A DNA stretch of 64,000 bases from Candidatus Eremiobacteria bacterium (lineage in GTDB: Bacteria; Vulcanimicrobiota; Vulcanimicrobiia; Vulcanimicrobiales; Vulcanimicrobiaceae): assembly GCA_963737065.1 (NCBI GenBank), contig CAVTRC010000001.1, positions 1,376,001 to 1,440,000 on the forward strand, written 5' to 3'. Position numbers and translations under genes: made by a program. Below, in pieces: positions 29,133 to 43,069 of the stretch; position 1 is the stretch's first letter, and each line of letters starts with the position of its first letter. The notes beneath the pieces were generated by a model that was not told where the DNA came from, did not search any database, and worked only from the letters and a program-made list of their open reading frames with translations.

Positions 29133-29935
29133 TCGCGAAGAACCGCCCGCAATTTTTCCAATGCCTTCGCCTGCAAGCGCGAGACGTGCATCTGCGAGAC
29201 GTTCAGGCGCTTCGCAATTTCGGTTTGCGAGACCGATTCGTAGAAGCGCAGATAGATGATGACGCGTTCGCGTCCGGTGAGCACGTGAAACGCGCGCTCG
29301 AGGTTAGCGCGATCCTCGAGCATCTCTAAACCGGAGTCCGTGATGCCTACCGTGTCTGCCAATGTTTGCGATTTCTTTTCGCCTTCACCGGACACTTCGG
29401 AATCGAGCGAGAGCAAGTTGTAGGCTTGGCCCAACTCCTGGGCTTCGAGAATCTCTTCCTCGGTGGCATTCAATCGTTCCGCGAGTTCGGCCACCGTCGG
29501 ACTGCGGCCGAGCTCGACCGCCATCTTTTCGTTCGCGCGATTGACGGAAAGATTTAGTTCTTGCAAGCGGCGCGGCACCTTTACCGCCCAGCCTTTGTCG
29601 CGGAAATAACGCTTGATTTCACCGACAATGGTCGGCGTTGCGTAGGTCGTGAACTCGACGCCGCGATCCAATTCGAAACGATCGATGGCTTTAAGCAGCC
29701 CGACCGTTCCGACTTGGATCAGATCGTCAAGTGGCTCGCCGCGGTTGGCGAACTTCAGCGCCAGAAAGCGAACGAGGTTGAGATGCGCAACCACTAAGTC
29801 GTTGCGCAGCGACTCATACTCACTGTCTTTGCGATCGGGATTCTGGTCGTGCCGCGCTCTTGCGGTTGCAAACCGGCCAAACAGGGCACGCGTCCGTTCC
29901 CGTTCGGAACGAACGTCGGGGTGCGATTCTTGCAC
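29129..29935 (-). CDS. sigB: RNA polymerase sigma factor, SigB/SigF family
   Basis: DDLIQVGTVGLLKAIDRF, YATPTIVGEIKRYFRDKGWAVKVPRRLQE and SQMHVSRL. Confidence 0.9.
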   Translation of the reverse strand: MQESHPDVRSERERTRALFGRFATARARHDQNPDRKDSEYESLRNDLVVAHLNLVRFLALKFANRGEPLDDLIQVGTVGLLKAIDRFELDRGVEFTTYATPTIVGEIKRYFRDKGWAVKVPRRLQELNLSVNRANEKMAVELGRSPTVAELAERLNATEEEILEAQELGQAYNLLSLDSEVSGEGEKKSQTLADTVGITDSGLEMLEDRANLERAFHVLTGRERVIIYLRFYESVSQTEIAKRLNVSQMHVSRLQAKALEKLRAVLRE

Positions 29936-29936
29936 G

Positions 29937-30365
29937 TTATACCGGTAGTCGCTTGGTCATAATGAGCTGTGTTCCTTGCTCGGGATGCACGTCATAGGAG
30001 ACGTCATCCATGAGCGAGCGAATCAAGAACACGCCCAACCCGCCGACACGCTCGTCCTCGAGTTCGCGCGAACGGATGCTTTCAGGACGCGTTCCACGTC
30101 CGTAATCGCGTACGTGAATGCGAAGGCCGTCGGTTAGCGCTTCGCATCGGATCTCGATATATGTGCTTCCGTGTGCATGCTGAATCGCATTCGTGCATGC
30201 CTCGGCAACCGCGAGTTTGATATCTTCGATCTCGTCGATCGAGAAATGCAGACGGCTTCCGACCGCTGCGACGGAAAGGCGTGCGAGTGCAACCCACTCC
30301 GCCTTGCACGGCACGCGCAGTTCGACGATGTCGACGTCGTCGGCGTGCGTGACCGGCTGATTCAC
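29937..30365 (-). CDS. rsbW: Anti-sigma factor, serine kinase
   Basis: DIKLAVAEACTNAIQHA, DYGRG and GGLGVFLIRSLMD. Confidence 0.9.
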   Translation of the reverse strand: MNQPVTHADDVDIVELRVPCKAEWVALARLSVAAVGSRLHFSIDEIEDIKLAVAEACTNAIQHAHGSTYIEIRCEALTDGLRIHVRDYGRGTRPESIRSRELEDERVGGLGVFLIRSLMDDVSYDVHPEQGTQLIMTKRLPV

Positions 30366-30718
30366 ACTAATGCCTTCATTGCCGCGTCTTCACTTTCGAA
30401 GATTCCGAAGATCTTGACGAGGCCGGTAATGTCGAAGATCTTCTTGATCTGCGGATTCGTGCACACGAGGTTCACGGATCCGCCGTGTTCCCGAACGCGC
30501 TTGAGGCCGCCAATGAGTACGCCTAAACCGGTCGAGTCGATATACCGGACCTTCTCGAGATTGATGACCAGGTGATACACGCCGCGATCGATGAGCTCGC
30601 CGATTGCATCCTTGACCTTCGGCGACGTGTAGACATCGATCTCCCCGCCAAGATCGACGACAGAGCAATCGCCTTGTGCTTCACGCACGTTCACCTTGAT
30701 GTCCAACGTCTTTTTCAC
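30362..30718 (-). CDS. rsbV: Anti-sigma factor antagonist (STAS)
   Basis: GEIDVYTSP, YIDSTGLG and FDITGL. Confidence 0.92.
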   Translation of the reverse strand: MKKTLDIKVNVREAQGDCSVVDLGGEIDVYTSPKVKDAIGELIDRGVYHLVINLEKVRYIDSTGLGVLIGGLKRVREHGGSVNLVCTNPQIKKIFDITGLVKIFGIFESEDAAMKALV

Positions 30719-31059
30719 TCCTGTGAGTCGGCCTTGCGTTCGAGTTCTTCACGCAACGATTCGGCAGAGGCATTGCCTTCCTCAACCGCTTCGTTGAAAT
30801 TGCTGCGCGCGTTTTCCACAACTTGCCGGCCGCGCTCGTAGAGTTCGGCCGCACTTTCTTGCCACGAGGTAGTGACGTCGGTTACGCGCCCCCGCAGATC
30901 ACCCGTGGCGTCCATGGCCAGATTACCCGCTTCTCGGGCTTTCCCAACCACGACGTCACGCGTCTCTTCCTGCGTAATGAGCACGGCAACTACGCCGCCC
31001 ACAATAGCGCCGAGAAGGAATCCGGCGAAAAAGCCACCGCCGCGATTCTCATCGTTCAT
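30715..31059 (-). CDS. YtxH-domain general stress protein
   Basis: GFFAGFLLGAIVGGVVAVL followed by an amphipathic helix. Confidence 0.75.
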   Translation of the reverse strand: MNDENRGGGFFAGFLLGAIVGGVVAVLITQEETRDVVVGKAREAGNLAMDATGDLRGRVTDVTTSWQESAAELYERGRQVVENARSNFNEAVEEGNASAESLREELERKADSQE

Positions 31060-31073
31060 GTCGCAATCGTCTC

Positions 31074-31484
31074 CTAGGATTCGCCTGCTGACTTTCTTCC
31101 CTTTACGAGTCTGCGTAAACCGGCGCTGACGCCCGTTATCGTTGCGCCGGCGTTGATGATAGCGGGCGCGAGCGCGTCTTTCGTCAACGACGCGGTCTGC
31201 GAGACGGAGCCCGCGACGTCCTCGAGCGACTTCACAACGCCGCCAAGCCGCGCGAGCGTCTGATCGGCGGTGTCTGCGATGCCGCCGACGTGATCGAGGG
31301 TCGTATTCACCGGCTTGCTCAGCGTTGAAATCTGGCGATCGAGCTCGTCGAGCGTCACGTCCACGCGTCCGAGCGTCTTCGCGAGCGCGAGCATTCCCCA
31401 AAGAACGCCGATGCCGACGAGGAGCACGCCGATCCCCACGCCGACGTACATGATCCAGCTGAGGTCAGTCCCGGTGGTAGTCAT
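31074..31484 (-). CDS. DUF948 (YoxC/YtxG-like) protein
   Basis: N-terminal TM helix then coiled coil; paired with YtxH. Confidence 0.7.
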   Translation of the reverse strand: MTTTGTDLSWIMYVGVGIGVLLVGIGVLWGMLALAKTLGRVDVTLDELDRQISTLSKPVNTTLDHVGGIADTADQTLARLGGVVKSLEDVAGSVSQTASLTKDALAPAIINAGATITGVSAGLRRLVKGRKSAGES

Positions 31485-32635
31485 GGCTGATAGTTCCTTT
31501 CTCGCATGTGACTTGTGAGGTTGGCTACCAAATTCGCCGCTCGTTCGATTTCCGCGTCCACGGTACCGGCTCCAAGAGAAAAACGAATTACGCCTTGGTG
31601 CCAGCGCGGGTCCGCGCCGAGCGCCGCGATCACGTGACTCGGCTCGAGCGCTCCCGACGTACACGCGCTTCCGGCGGAGACGGCAACGCCCTCCAGATCG
31701 AGAGCGACGAGCATCGATTCTGAATCGATACCCGCAAACGACACGTTGCAATTGTTTGGCAGACGGGGCGCCCCTTCGCCATTGATTCGCACGTCATCAA
31801 TGCCCTTCAGCCGCGCTTCGAGATGATCCCGTAACGCGCCCACGCGCCGCGCCGTCTGCGTGCGTTCTCGCACGACGAGCTCGAGCGCGGTCGCGGCGCC
31901 TACGATGCCCGCGACATTCTCTGTACCCGATCGCCGCCCGAACTCTTGGCCGCCGCCGTACACCAGTGGTTGAATGGAGACGCCTTCACGCACGTAGAGC
32001 ACACCGACGCCTTTTGGTCCGTAGAACTTGTGCGCGGAGATCGAGAGCAGGTCGACACCGAGCGTATCGGGGCGTATATCGATCCACGGCGCCGCTTGCA
32101 CGGCGTCGGTATGGAACGCAACGTTGCGCGCGCGAGCGCGTGCAGCGAGTTGCGCAATCGGTTGAATCGTGCCGATCTCGTTATTCGCAAGCGCGACCGT
32201 TGCAAGCACCGTATCGGTGCGGATCGCGGATGCGAAGCGGTCGACGTCGATGAGTCCGCGGTCGTCCACCGGCACCAGTGTCACGTTGAATCCCTCATCT
32301 CCCAGCGCCTCGAGCGCGCGTAATACCGCGTGATGCTCGATGACGGTCGAGACAATATGCCGGCCGCGGCCGCGCAATGCGCGCGCGACGCCGAGGATCG
32401 CCTGAGTGTCCGATTCCGATCCACTGCCGGTGAACGTAATCGTTTTACGCGGGACGCCAAGGATCGCCGCGATGCGGTCGCGCGCATCGTCCAGTCCCGC
32501 GCGGGCGCGCCGGCCTTCCGCGTGCAGCGAACTTGGATTGTATCCCGCTTGCGCAAAGTAGGGAAGCATTGCCTCGAGCACTTCTTGACGCACCGGCGTC
32601 GTAGCGGCGTAATCGAGATACAGGCGATTGTCCAC
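31481..32635 (-). CDS. iscS: Cysteine desulfurase (IscS/NifS family)
   Basis: YLDYAATTP, HTDAVQ, SAHKFYGPKG and SAGSACTS. Confidence 0.93.
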   Translation of the reverse strand: MDNRLYLDYAATTPVRQEVLEAMLPYFAQAGYNPSSLHAEGRRARAGLDDARDRIAAILGVPRKTITFTGSGSESDTQAILGVARALRGRGRHIVSTVIEHHAVLRALEALGDEGFNVTLVPVDDRGLIDVDRFASAIRTDTVLATVALANNEIGTIQPIAQLAARARARNVAFHTDAVQAAPWIDIRPDTLGVDLLSISAHKFYGPKGVGVLYVREGVSIQPLVYGGGQEFGRRSGTENVAGIVGAATALELVVRERTQTARRVGALRDHLEARLKGIDDVRINGEGAPRLPNNCNVSFAGIDSESMLVALDLEGVAVSAGSACTSGALEPSHVIAALGADPRWHQGVIRFSLGAGTVDAEIERAANLVANLTSHMRERNYQP

Positions 32636-32720
32636 GAATTCTCAGACCCTTCTCAGAGCGTCACCCTACGATAACACCTGTGCGAAGCTCCATTGCACAC
32701 TCCGAGAAGTAGCAACGGGA

Positions 32721-32751
32721 AAGGGTGGCCGGAAGAACTCCGGCCACCCTT
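32721..32751. terminator. Strong hairpin/terminator
   Basis: Perfect 13-bp stem AAGGGTGGCCGGA...TCCGGCCACCCTT downstream of rarA. Confidence 0.75.
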
Positions 32752-32787
32752 CATTTATGCACGCCGAGCGACCGCCTAGCTGAAGCA

Positions 32788-34035
32788 TTAGCGGTCGTGC
32801 GCTCCAGGCTCGTAGTATGTGCGGTCACGCAGATTTTCAGGCAAGTTTTGTTGCTTGACGGAATAGTCGTCGTGCGCGTAATGATAGCCTCTGCCGTATC
32901 CAAGCTGTTTCATCAAGCCCGTCGGCGCGTTGCGCAGGTGCAACGGCACGGGATCGTTGCGCGTCTCCTGGACATCTTGGATTGCGGCACCATACGCGCG
33001 TCCGACGCTGTTGCTCTTCGGCGCTTTCGCTAAATAGAGCGTCGCATGCGCGAGCGGATAAAAGCCTTCCGGCATTCCGACGAAATGCACCGCTTGCTGT
33101 GCCGCTATCGCGACTTGGATCGCTTGCGAATCCGCTAATCCTACGTCTTCCGACGAGAGAATGACTAAGCGCCGCGCGATAAACAACGGCTCCTCGCCGC
33201 CGTCCAGCATTCGAGCGAGCCAATAGACCGCAGCATCCGGATCGCTCGCGCGTATACTCTTGATGAACGCGCTGACGATGTCGTAATGCTGCTCGCCGCC
33301 TTTATCATACGTCGATCCGCGTTTTTGGAGCGCCTCGAGCACGAGCTGGCGATCGATTTGCTTCGTGCCATTCCGAAGCAGTGCGGTTTCCGACGCGAAT
33401 TCGAGTGCATTGAGCGCGGTGCGTGCGTCGCCGTTCGCATATCCAATCAGCGTTGCCCGCGCATCGGGTTCCAGATGAATGTTGTGCGCGCCGAGTCCTC
33501 GCTCCGTATCATCAACCGCGCGCTGGACGATCGCAGCGATCTCTTCGTCGGCCAATTGCTGCAGCACGAACACGCGCGCACGCGATAGTAGCGCCGAGTT
33601 CACTTCAAAGGACGGATTTTCGGTTGTTGCGCCGATCAGCGTCACCGTTCCATCCTCCACGTACGGCAACACTGCGTCTTGCTGCGCCTTGTTGAACCGG
33701 TGAATCTCGTCGATGAAGAGTACCGTGCGCCGGCCTACGCTACGCCGCGCCTGCGCTTCGGCAACCACGCGACGTAAATCGGCGACGCCGGCACTGACCG
33801 CCGACAGCTTTTCAAAATGCGCGCCGGTCGAACGGGCGACGATTTCCGCAAGCGTCGTCTTCCCGGTGCCCGGCGGACCCCAAAGAATCATCGATGGTAC
33901 GCGATCCGTTTCGATTGCCCGACGCAAGGCGCGTCCCACACCGACGATTTGTTCTTGCCCGACGTACTCTTCGAGCGTGCGAGGGCGCATGCGCGCAGCG
34001 AGGGGCGCGTCCGGCTCGCCAAAGAGCGAATTCAT
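32788..34035 (-). CDS. rarA: Replication-associated recombination protein A (MgsA)
   Basis: PLAARMRP, GPPGTGKT, DEIHRFNKAQQD and SAFIKSIRASDPDAA. Confidence 0.97.
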   Translation of the reverse strand: MNSLFGEPDAPLAARMRPRTLEEYVGQEQIVGVGRALRRAIETDRVPSMILWGPPGTGKTTLAEIVARSTGAHFEKLSAVSAGVADLRRVVAEAQARRSVGRRTVLFIDEIHRFNKAQQDAVLPYVEDGTVTLIGATTENPSFEVNSALLSRARVFVLQQLADEEIAAIVQRAVDDTERGLGAHNIHLEPDARATLIGYANGDARTALNALEFASETALLRNGTKQIDRQLVLEALQKRGSTYDKGGEQHYDIVSAFIKSIRASDPDAAVYWLARMLDGGEEPLFIARRLVILSSEDVGLADSQAIQVAIAAQQAVHFVGMPEGFYPLAHATLYLAKAPKSNSVGRAYGAAIQDVQETRNDPVPLHLRNAPTGLMKQLGYGRGYHYAHDDYSVKQQNLPENLRDRTYYEPGAHDR

Positions 34036-34042
34036 GCCTTGC

Positions 34043-36121
34043 TTATAACAGAGTTTTCGTCCACCAGTCCAGCATACGCGAATAGAGATCGCGACGGTGC
34101 ATGATTTTCCGTGGACCGTGGTGTTCGCCCGGATAGACGAAATACTGTACCTCTTTACCGGACTTCATAAAGGCGTCCAGTAATGAGAGCGAGTTCATGA
34201 GATGCACGTTGTCGTCCGACGTCCCTTGCAAGATCAGCAGCGACGCTTTCAATTGTCCGGCCGACGGCAGTACCGACGTGTTGCGATACGCACGGACTTG
34301 TTGTGACGGCATGCCCATGTACCGTTCGGTGTACGCGCTGTCGTAGAAGTGCCAATCTGCGGGCGGTGCACCCGCAATACCGGATTTGAATGCCGCACGT
34401 GCATGCGTGAGCGTGAACGCCGTGAGATAGCCGCCATAGCTCCAGCCTTCAAGACCGAACCGCGTCGCATCCGCGTAGGTCTGCTGCTTCATCCAGCCGA
34501 CGCCGGCAAGTTGTCCCGCCATTGCAATCTCGCCCATGCGGTGGAAGAACATCCGCTCCGCAGAAGCGCGATCGATTTGCGAAGCGGGCCCCGAAACGGT
34601 AAACACGAGGAACCCGTGCTGTGCGAGCAAGAACGGGAAAAGTCCCGGCCACCGATTGACGGTTTCGTTATCGTCGATGCCGAGCGGACCACCGTACGGC
34701 GTAAAGATCACCGGATAGCGTCTATTCGGATCGAAATCTTTCGGCACGACGAGCGTCGCATCGAGGGTGCCCCAGGGTGACGGAATCTCCAGCGCGCGAA
34801 CGGTACCCAAGTCGAAGCGCGAGAGATCGGGCGTGCGAAAGATGAACGCAGCGTGGCCGTTGAACCTGGCCCGTACGACGGTCGTCGGGTGATTGTACGC
34901 GGAAAACGTGTCGATGAAATTACTGCTGTGCGCGGCGAGCACCACGTTGTGCGTTCCCGGTGACGGCGTCAGGTTCTCAACCGCGCCGCCACGCAAAGCG
35001 ACGCGCAAAAACGAACGATCGCGCCGGGTGGGATAGTAGGCATCGATGTATGCCGCATTCGGATCGACGCGTAGCACGGAGCGTACGGTATAGTTTCCGG
35101 TGATGCGGCGCCATCGTCGACTGCGTATGTCGATCGCCCACAAGGACTGCCGTCCGCCTCGCTGCGAGAGCAGGTACAACGTGCGGCCGTCTTTCGACCA
35201 ATCCGGAATCGGTTCCACGTCGACGAACTTGGGATCGAATTCACTCGCGATCGTGCGTTGAGAGCCATCGTTACCGAAAGCGACCCATCGCAGATGCCGC
35301 TGCGCTCGATCGATGATTTGATCGAGCAGCACGTCGCCGCGTGGAGACCACGAAAACGAGAGGACGTACTCGTCGTTACGGCCGCCCTCATAGAGCGCAT
35401 GCGACTGCGCCGACGCAACGTCGACGACGTTGAGCGAGACGCGCGCATTCTTATCGCCGGCCAGCGGATATCGCTGCTCTTCCACAACGTTGATGCGCGG
35501 AACATAATTTTGCACCGGAAACGGCTGAATCGGCGTTTCATCAAACGAGAGGTAGGCGATTCGCGTTCCGTCCGGTGACCATGCAAACGCGTGCTCAACG
35601 TTCATTTCTTCGCTGTAAAGCCAATCGGGATCGCCGTTTATCCGCGTCGCGGACCCGGTGGTCGTCAATCGTCGTGCGCGTCGCGTCCGCACGTCGACGA
35701 CGTAGAGATCGTTTTCGTGAACGTACGCGATACGCCGGTCATCGGGCGACCATTGCGGATCGTCTGCGTCTTGCGCTAACGAGAGTTCGCCGCCGCTTTG
35801 CGGATCGATCGTTTCGAGCGAACCGGCGTTGATCGACGCGATCGTGCGGCCATCGTGCGACCACGCGATTTCCGAGACTTCGCGCGAACGCGTCCCGCGC
35901 TGTTCGGATTTCGCATGAAAAAGCAAACGATCGGCGTTCGTGCGCATGTCGTGAATTCGAAGAACGGCGGGATCGCCTTCTTTGAAGCCCGGAGTGCTGT
36001 AGACGTACGCGGACCCGTTCGGAGCCCAGCGGAATGAGGACGGCGGTGTGCCGTTCACCGGATGCTGCGCAACGATATCGTTGACGGTCAATAGTCCCGC
36101 CAGCGTGACGACGGCGATCAT
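34043..36121 (-). CDS. S9B dipeptidyl peptidase IV-like peptidase
   Basis: Beta-propeller WSPDG repeats, GWSYGG nucleophile, DDNVH and YPGEHH; start approximate. Confidence 0.92.
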   Translation of the reverse strand: MIAVVTLAGLLTVNDIVAQHPVNGTPPSSFRWAPNGSAYVYSTPGFKEGDPAVLRIHDMRTNADRLLFHAKSEQRGTRSREVSEIAWSHDGRTIASINAGSLETIDPQSGGELSLAQDADDPQWSPDDRRIAYVHENDLYVVDVRTRRARRLTTTGSATRINGDPDWLYSEEMNVEHAFAWSPDGTRIAYLSFDETPIQPFPVQNYVPRINVVEEQRYPLAGDKNARVSLNVVDVASAQSHALYEGGRNDEYVLSFSWSPRGDVLLDQIIDRAQRHLRWVAFGNDGSQRTIASEFDPKFVDVEPIPDWSKDGRTLYLLSQRGGRQSLWAIDIRSRRWRRITGNYTVRSVLRVDPNAAYIDAYYPTRRDRSFLRVALRGGAVENLTPSPGTHNVVLAAHSSNFIDTFSAYNHPTTVVRARFNGHAAFIFRTPDLSRFDLGTVRALEIPSPWGTLDATLVVPKDFDPNRRYPVIFTPYGGPLGIDDNETVNRWPGLFPFLLAQHGFLVFTVSGPASQIDRASAERMFFHRMGEIAMAGQLAGVGWMKQQTYADATRFGLEGWSYGGYLTAFTLTHARAAFKSGIAGAPPADWHFYDSAYTERYMGMPSQQVRAYRNTSVLPSAGQLKASLLILQGTSDDNVHLMNSLSLLDAFMKSGKEVQYFVYPGEHHGPRKIMHRRDLYSRMLDWWTKTLL

Positions 36122-36264
36122 CCCGGTTGCTGCGCGCTCTCGCAGCGCGTCACCTTGTATTATTCCGCGTAGTGCAGCTCGATTGCGCTTGATTCCACGT
36201 ACAGCGCGCCGAGACTCGTGCGAATGCGGCAACGATGAAACGCACGACCGTCGGCTCGCACGCG

Positions 36265-36948
36265 CTAGGTCGGCGAAGGGCTCGGCTGGGGTGTGTGCTT
36301 TTCCAGCGGGTTCTTGATCGTGATCGGCTTCGGCGTTGCGAAATGCGGGTTCACTTGGCTTGGGAATTGCATCACGACGTTGCCTTCCGCGTGCGCCTTT
36401 CCGGTGATCGTGTCGTACACGACGTGCTGCGCCGTCATGTTGCGGTCGCCTTGCACGATGTGCACGTTTCCGTTGAGATCGAGTTGGTGCGTCGTGTCGT
36501 TCAGCACGCCCTTTGCTGCGTCGACGGTCGTGTCGGCTTGCACGTAGTGCACGTTGCCGGTCGCAGTGTAGACCTTCGCTGTTCCGTCGATGTTGACTTG
36601 ATCCGCGGTCAGCGTCGCGGGTCCTTTGGAGTTGGAGGCTTTCGAGGTAGACAGCCCGGCGAAGTTTCCTTGCGAATCGTGCATGACGACGTGGCCGTAA
36701 ATCGTTGCGGCCTTCGTTTTGTAGTTGCCGTTTGCGCGATCGCCCGTGATGTCGCCGCCTTCGCGCGTCATCGTGACCTGATTGGACGTGGAGAAATCGC
36801 CTGTCTTGAAGTTCACGTCGACCGACGTCATCTTGACGGTCCACACGCCGACGGTGAACTGCGTGCCGCTGCCGGCAGCGGAGGGCGGCGGCTTAGGCGC
36901 CGCGGCGACGAGCGCTACGGCGGTAAGGAGCGAGAGCGCGTGTTTCAT
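36265..36948 (-). CDS. LptA/OstA-family beta-jellyroll protein
   Basis: Signal peptide and repeated ATGNVHYVQ/GNVHIVQ/AEGNV strands. Confidence 0.8.
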   Translation of the reverse strand: MKHALSLLTAVALVAAAPKPPPSAAGSGTQFTVGVWTVKMTSVDVNFKTGDFSTSNQVTMTREGGDITGDRANGNYKTKAATIYGHVVMHDSQGNFAGLSTSKASNSKGPATLTADQVNIDGTAKVYTATGNVHYVQADTTVDAAKGVLNDTTHQLDLNGNVHIVQGDRNMTAQHVVYDTITGKAHAEGNVVMQFPSQVNPHFATPKPITIKNPLEKHTPQPSPSPT

Positions 36949-37607
36949 TGCTGAGAACGGACCTTTACGCTATGACGTTCGACCGCACCGAGAAGTTCCG
37001 CGATACGGTCGTATTTCATCACGCCTTCACGTAAGAGGCGCGCGGGCGATCGGCTCAGGTCCACGATCGATGCTTCGCCTTCATAGCGCGTGGGCCCGTT
37101 TAGGACGAGTAGATCGGCGCCCGGCAGTTCACTCGTATCGTCACCACCGCGATACGGCGGCCTGCCGCTTTGATTCGCGCTCGTCACGGCGAGCGGCCCG
37201 CACCGTTCCAAGATCGCCTTTGCGAGCGGCTCGTCGGGCACGCGGAATCCGAGTGTCGGCATTCCAGCCGTCACTTCATCGCTGATGAATTCCGGCTTGC
37301 GTACGATGACGATGACGGGGCCGGGCAAGAGCCGCTTTGCCGCGAGAATCGCAGCCGAGTTTCCCGGAGCGAACTCCAAGAATTCAACGGGCGTAGCAAC
37401 ATGCAGCGTCAGCGGCTTTTCATCGGGCCGGCGCTTCGCGCGATAGACCTTGTCGACAGCGGCCGAACGATATGGATCGCACGCGATGCCGTAGCTCGTT
37501 TCGTTGGGGAAGATGATCGTACCGCCGTCAAAGATGACGCGCGCGCATCCTTCGACGAGCACCTCGAGCGCCTCGTTTCGCGCGTCGAGTACGGCCCCGA
37601 TCGCCAT
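36945..37607 (-). CDS. tsaC: L-threonylcarbamoyladenylate synthase (Sua5/YrdC)
   Basis: FPNETSYG, KRRP..KPL, RVPD and TSANQSG. Confidence 0.92.
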   Translation of the reverse strand: MAIGAVLDARNEALEVLVEGCARVIFDGGTIIFPNETSYGIACDPYRSAAVDKVYRAKRRPDEKPLTLHVATPVEFLEFAPGNSAAILAAKRLLPGPVIVIVRKPEFISDEVTAGMPTLGFRVPDEPLAKAILERCGPLAVTSANQSGRPPYRGGDDTSELPGADLLVLNGPTRYEGEASIVDLSRSPARLLREGVMKYDRIAELLGAVERHSVKVRSQQ

Positions 37608-37728
37608 CAGAAATGTTCCTTCGGAAATGGTGTGAGAGCGTTCACCAGGCCGAGGCAACACGAGCCGCGGTGTGCTTTAGCACATAAGGCGAGTGTTAAC
37701 GACGGCATGGTGACCGCTCTCACGCCAT

Positions 37729-40097
<2,369 letters not shown>

Positions 40098-40103
40098 TGG
40101 TTC

Positions 40104-40136
40104 AAAAAGTTCGCGGGGCGCTGGTGTGCGCCCCGC
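40104..40136 (-). terminator. Terminator after the atp operon
   Basis: GCGGGGCGC stem with a T-tract on the minus strand. Confidence 0.7.
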
Positions 40137-40176
40137 TTCACTGTATCGGGCCTTTCGGCATGCTTTCTAAGCCGCT

Positions 40177-40554
40177 TCAATGGCTTCCGACCAGGCGTAG
40201 TTTCGCGTTAGCGAACTCTATTGTCGCGGGATCCGCTGCACGCGCGAGTTCCTCGCGCGTCTTTGCGACGTCAATGTCTTCGAACCCGAGCGCCTGATCG
40301 ACGAGAATCGTCACGCGATCCGGGAGCGCTTGCATGAACCCTTCGGCGGTAGCAAGTTCGAGACGTTCAGTCTTCCCGTCGGCGGCGACGTTCGCGCGCA
40401 GAACGCCGGGCTTGAGCGCGGCAAGAAACGGCGCGTGATGCGGAAGGATGCCTTCCTCGCCTTCCGTCGTTACGGCAATAACCAGCTCGGCATCGCCCTC
40501 GAAGACGACCTTCGTCGGCGTGATGAGCTTGAACGGGATCGTCGAAGCGGCCAT
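40177..40554 (-). CDS. atpC: ATP synthase F1 epsilon
   Basis: EGEEGILPHHAP motif; last gene of the operon. Confidence 0.93.
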   Translation of the reverse strand: MAASTIPFKLITPTKVVFEGDAELVIAVTTEGEEGILPHHAPFLAALKPGVLRANVAADGKTERLELATAEGFMQALPDRVTILVDQALGFEDIDVAKTREELARAADPATIEFANAKLRLVGSH

Positions 40555-40588
40555 CAGAGCGTCGCTTCTAACGCGCGCGAGGCGTGCA

Positions 40589-42148
<1,560 letters not shown>

Positions 42149-42166
42149 TCACGCAGGAAATTGGCA

Positions 42167-43069
42167 TCATGTATTTACCAAAGCCTCCGCCCCGCCGACG
42201 ATTTCGAGAAGTTCCTTCGTAATCGCGGCTTGGCGCGCGTTGTTCATTTGAATGGTCAGTTCGTCGATGAGTTTGCCGGCGTTGTCGGTCGCGTTGTTCA
42301 TTGCCAGCAATTGCGCGGCGAAGAACGCCGCATCGGTTTCGAGCATCGCGGAGAAGATCGTGAACTCGAGGTACTTCGGCAGCAAGCGCGAGAGCACGAA
42401 TTCAGGCGACGGCGCAAATTCGACCGATCCTTTTGCTCCATGCGGTTCGGCCGGTCGCGGCGTATCAGCTTGATCCTTCGACAAGGCCAGCACGACGGTA
42501 TCGCGCAGAATGGGCACCATTTGGCGGGTTTCCGGCTTTTGCGACAACATCGAAATGAGTTTCGACGAGATGAGCGTGATGCCGGAAATCCGGCCGTTGA
42601 TAAAATCGTCCGTTACAAGTTTCGCGACGTCGCGCGCCACCTCGATCTTCGATGGCGCGTTGAGCACCCACGTCGGATGGCTCGCCTTCCCCATACGACG
42701 CACGGCGTTGCGTGCTTTGATACCGACGGTATACCACGTCACGTCTTTTTGATCGCGTGCAAAAAGCTCGCCGGCGCGAATAACGTTGGAGTTGAACGCC
42801 CCTGCGAGGCCTTTGTCGGCCGTCATCAAGATGACGCCGAGCGGCGCATTCGCGTTTCCCGGTTTCATGAACGGATGGTCGACGCTCGTTACCGCGTTCA
42901 TCAAGTCGCGCAGCATCTCCGCAAGCGTATCCGCGTAGGGACGCGCTTGCTTTTGTGCCATCTCGGCGCGGCGGATCTTTGCCGCGGCGACTTGTTTCAT
43001 CGCCTTGGTGATCTGCTGCGTGTTCTTCAGCGAGCGAATGCGCTCGCGAAGATCCTTGACGCTCGGCAT
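42167..43069 (-). CDS. atpG: ATP synthase F1 gamma
   Basis: TQQITKAMKQVAAAK, DKGLAGAFN and ARQAAITKELLEI. Confidence 0.98.
   Translation of the reverse strand: MPSVKDLRERIRSLKNTQQITKAMKQVAAAKIRRAEMAQKQARPYADTLAEMLRDLMNAVTSVDHPFMKPGNANAPLGVILMTADKGLAGAFNSNVIRAGELFARDQKDVTWYTVGIKARNAVRRMGKASHPTWVLNAPSKIEVARDVAKLVTDDFINGRISGITLISSKLISMLSQKPETRQMVPILRDTVVLALSKDQADTPRPAEPHGAKGSVEFAPSPEFVLSRLLPKYLEFTIFSAMLETDAAFFAAQLLAMNNATDNAGKLIDELTIQMNNARQAAITKELLEIVGGAEALVNT
42474..42496. repeat. Degenerate inverted copy of the REP-like motif inside atpG (encodes VVLALSKD)
   Basis: Reverse complement GTCGTGCTGGCCTTGTCGAAGGA shares the CTG...TGTCGAAGG core. Confidence 0.5.

Noticed and set aside
36121..36844. 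N-terminal extension of the 933-aa DPP-IV ORF
   Set aside because: Overlaps the lptA-like gene in another frame; the real start is near 36121
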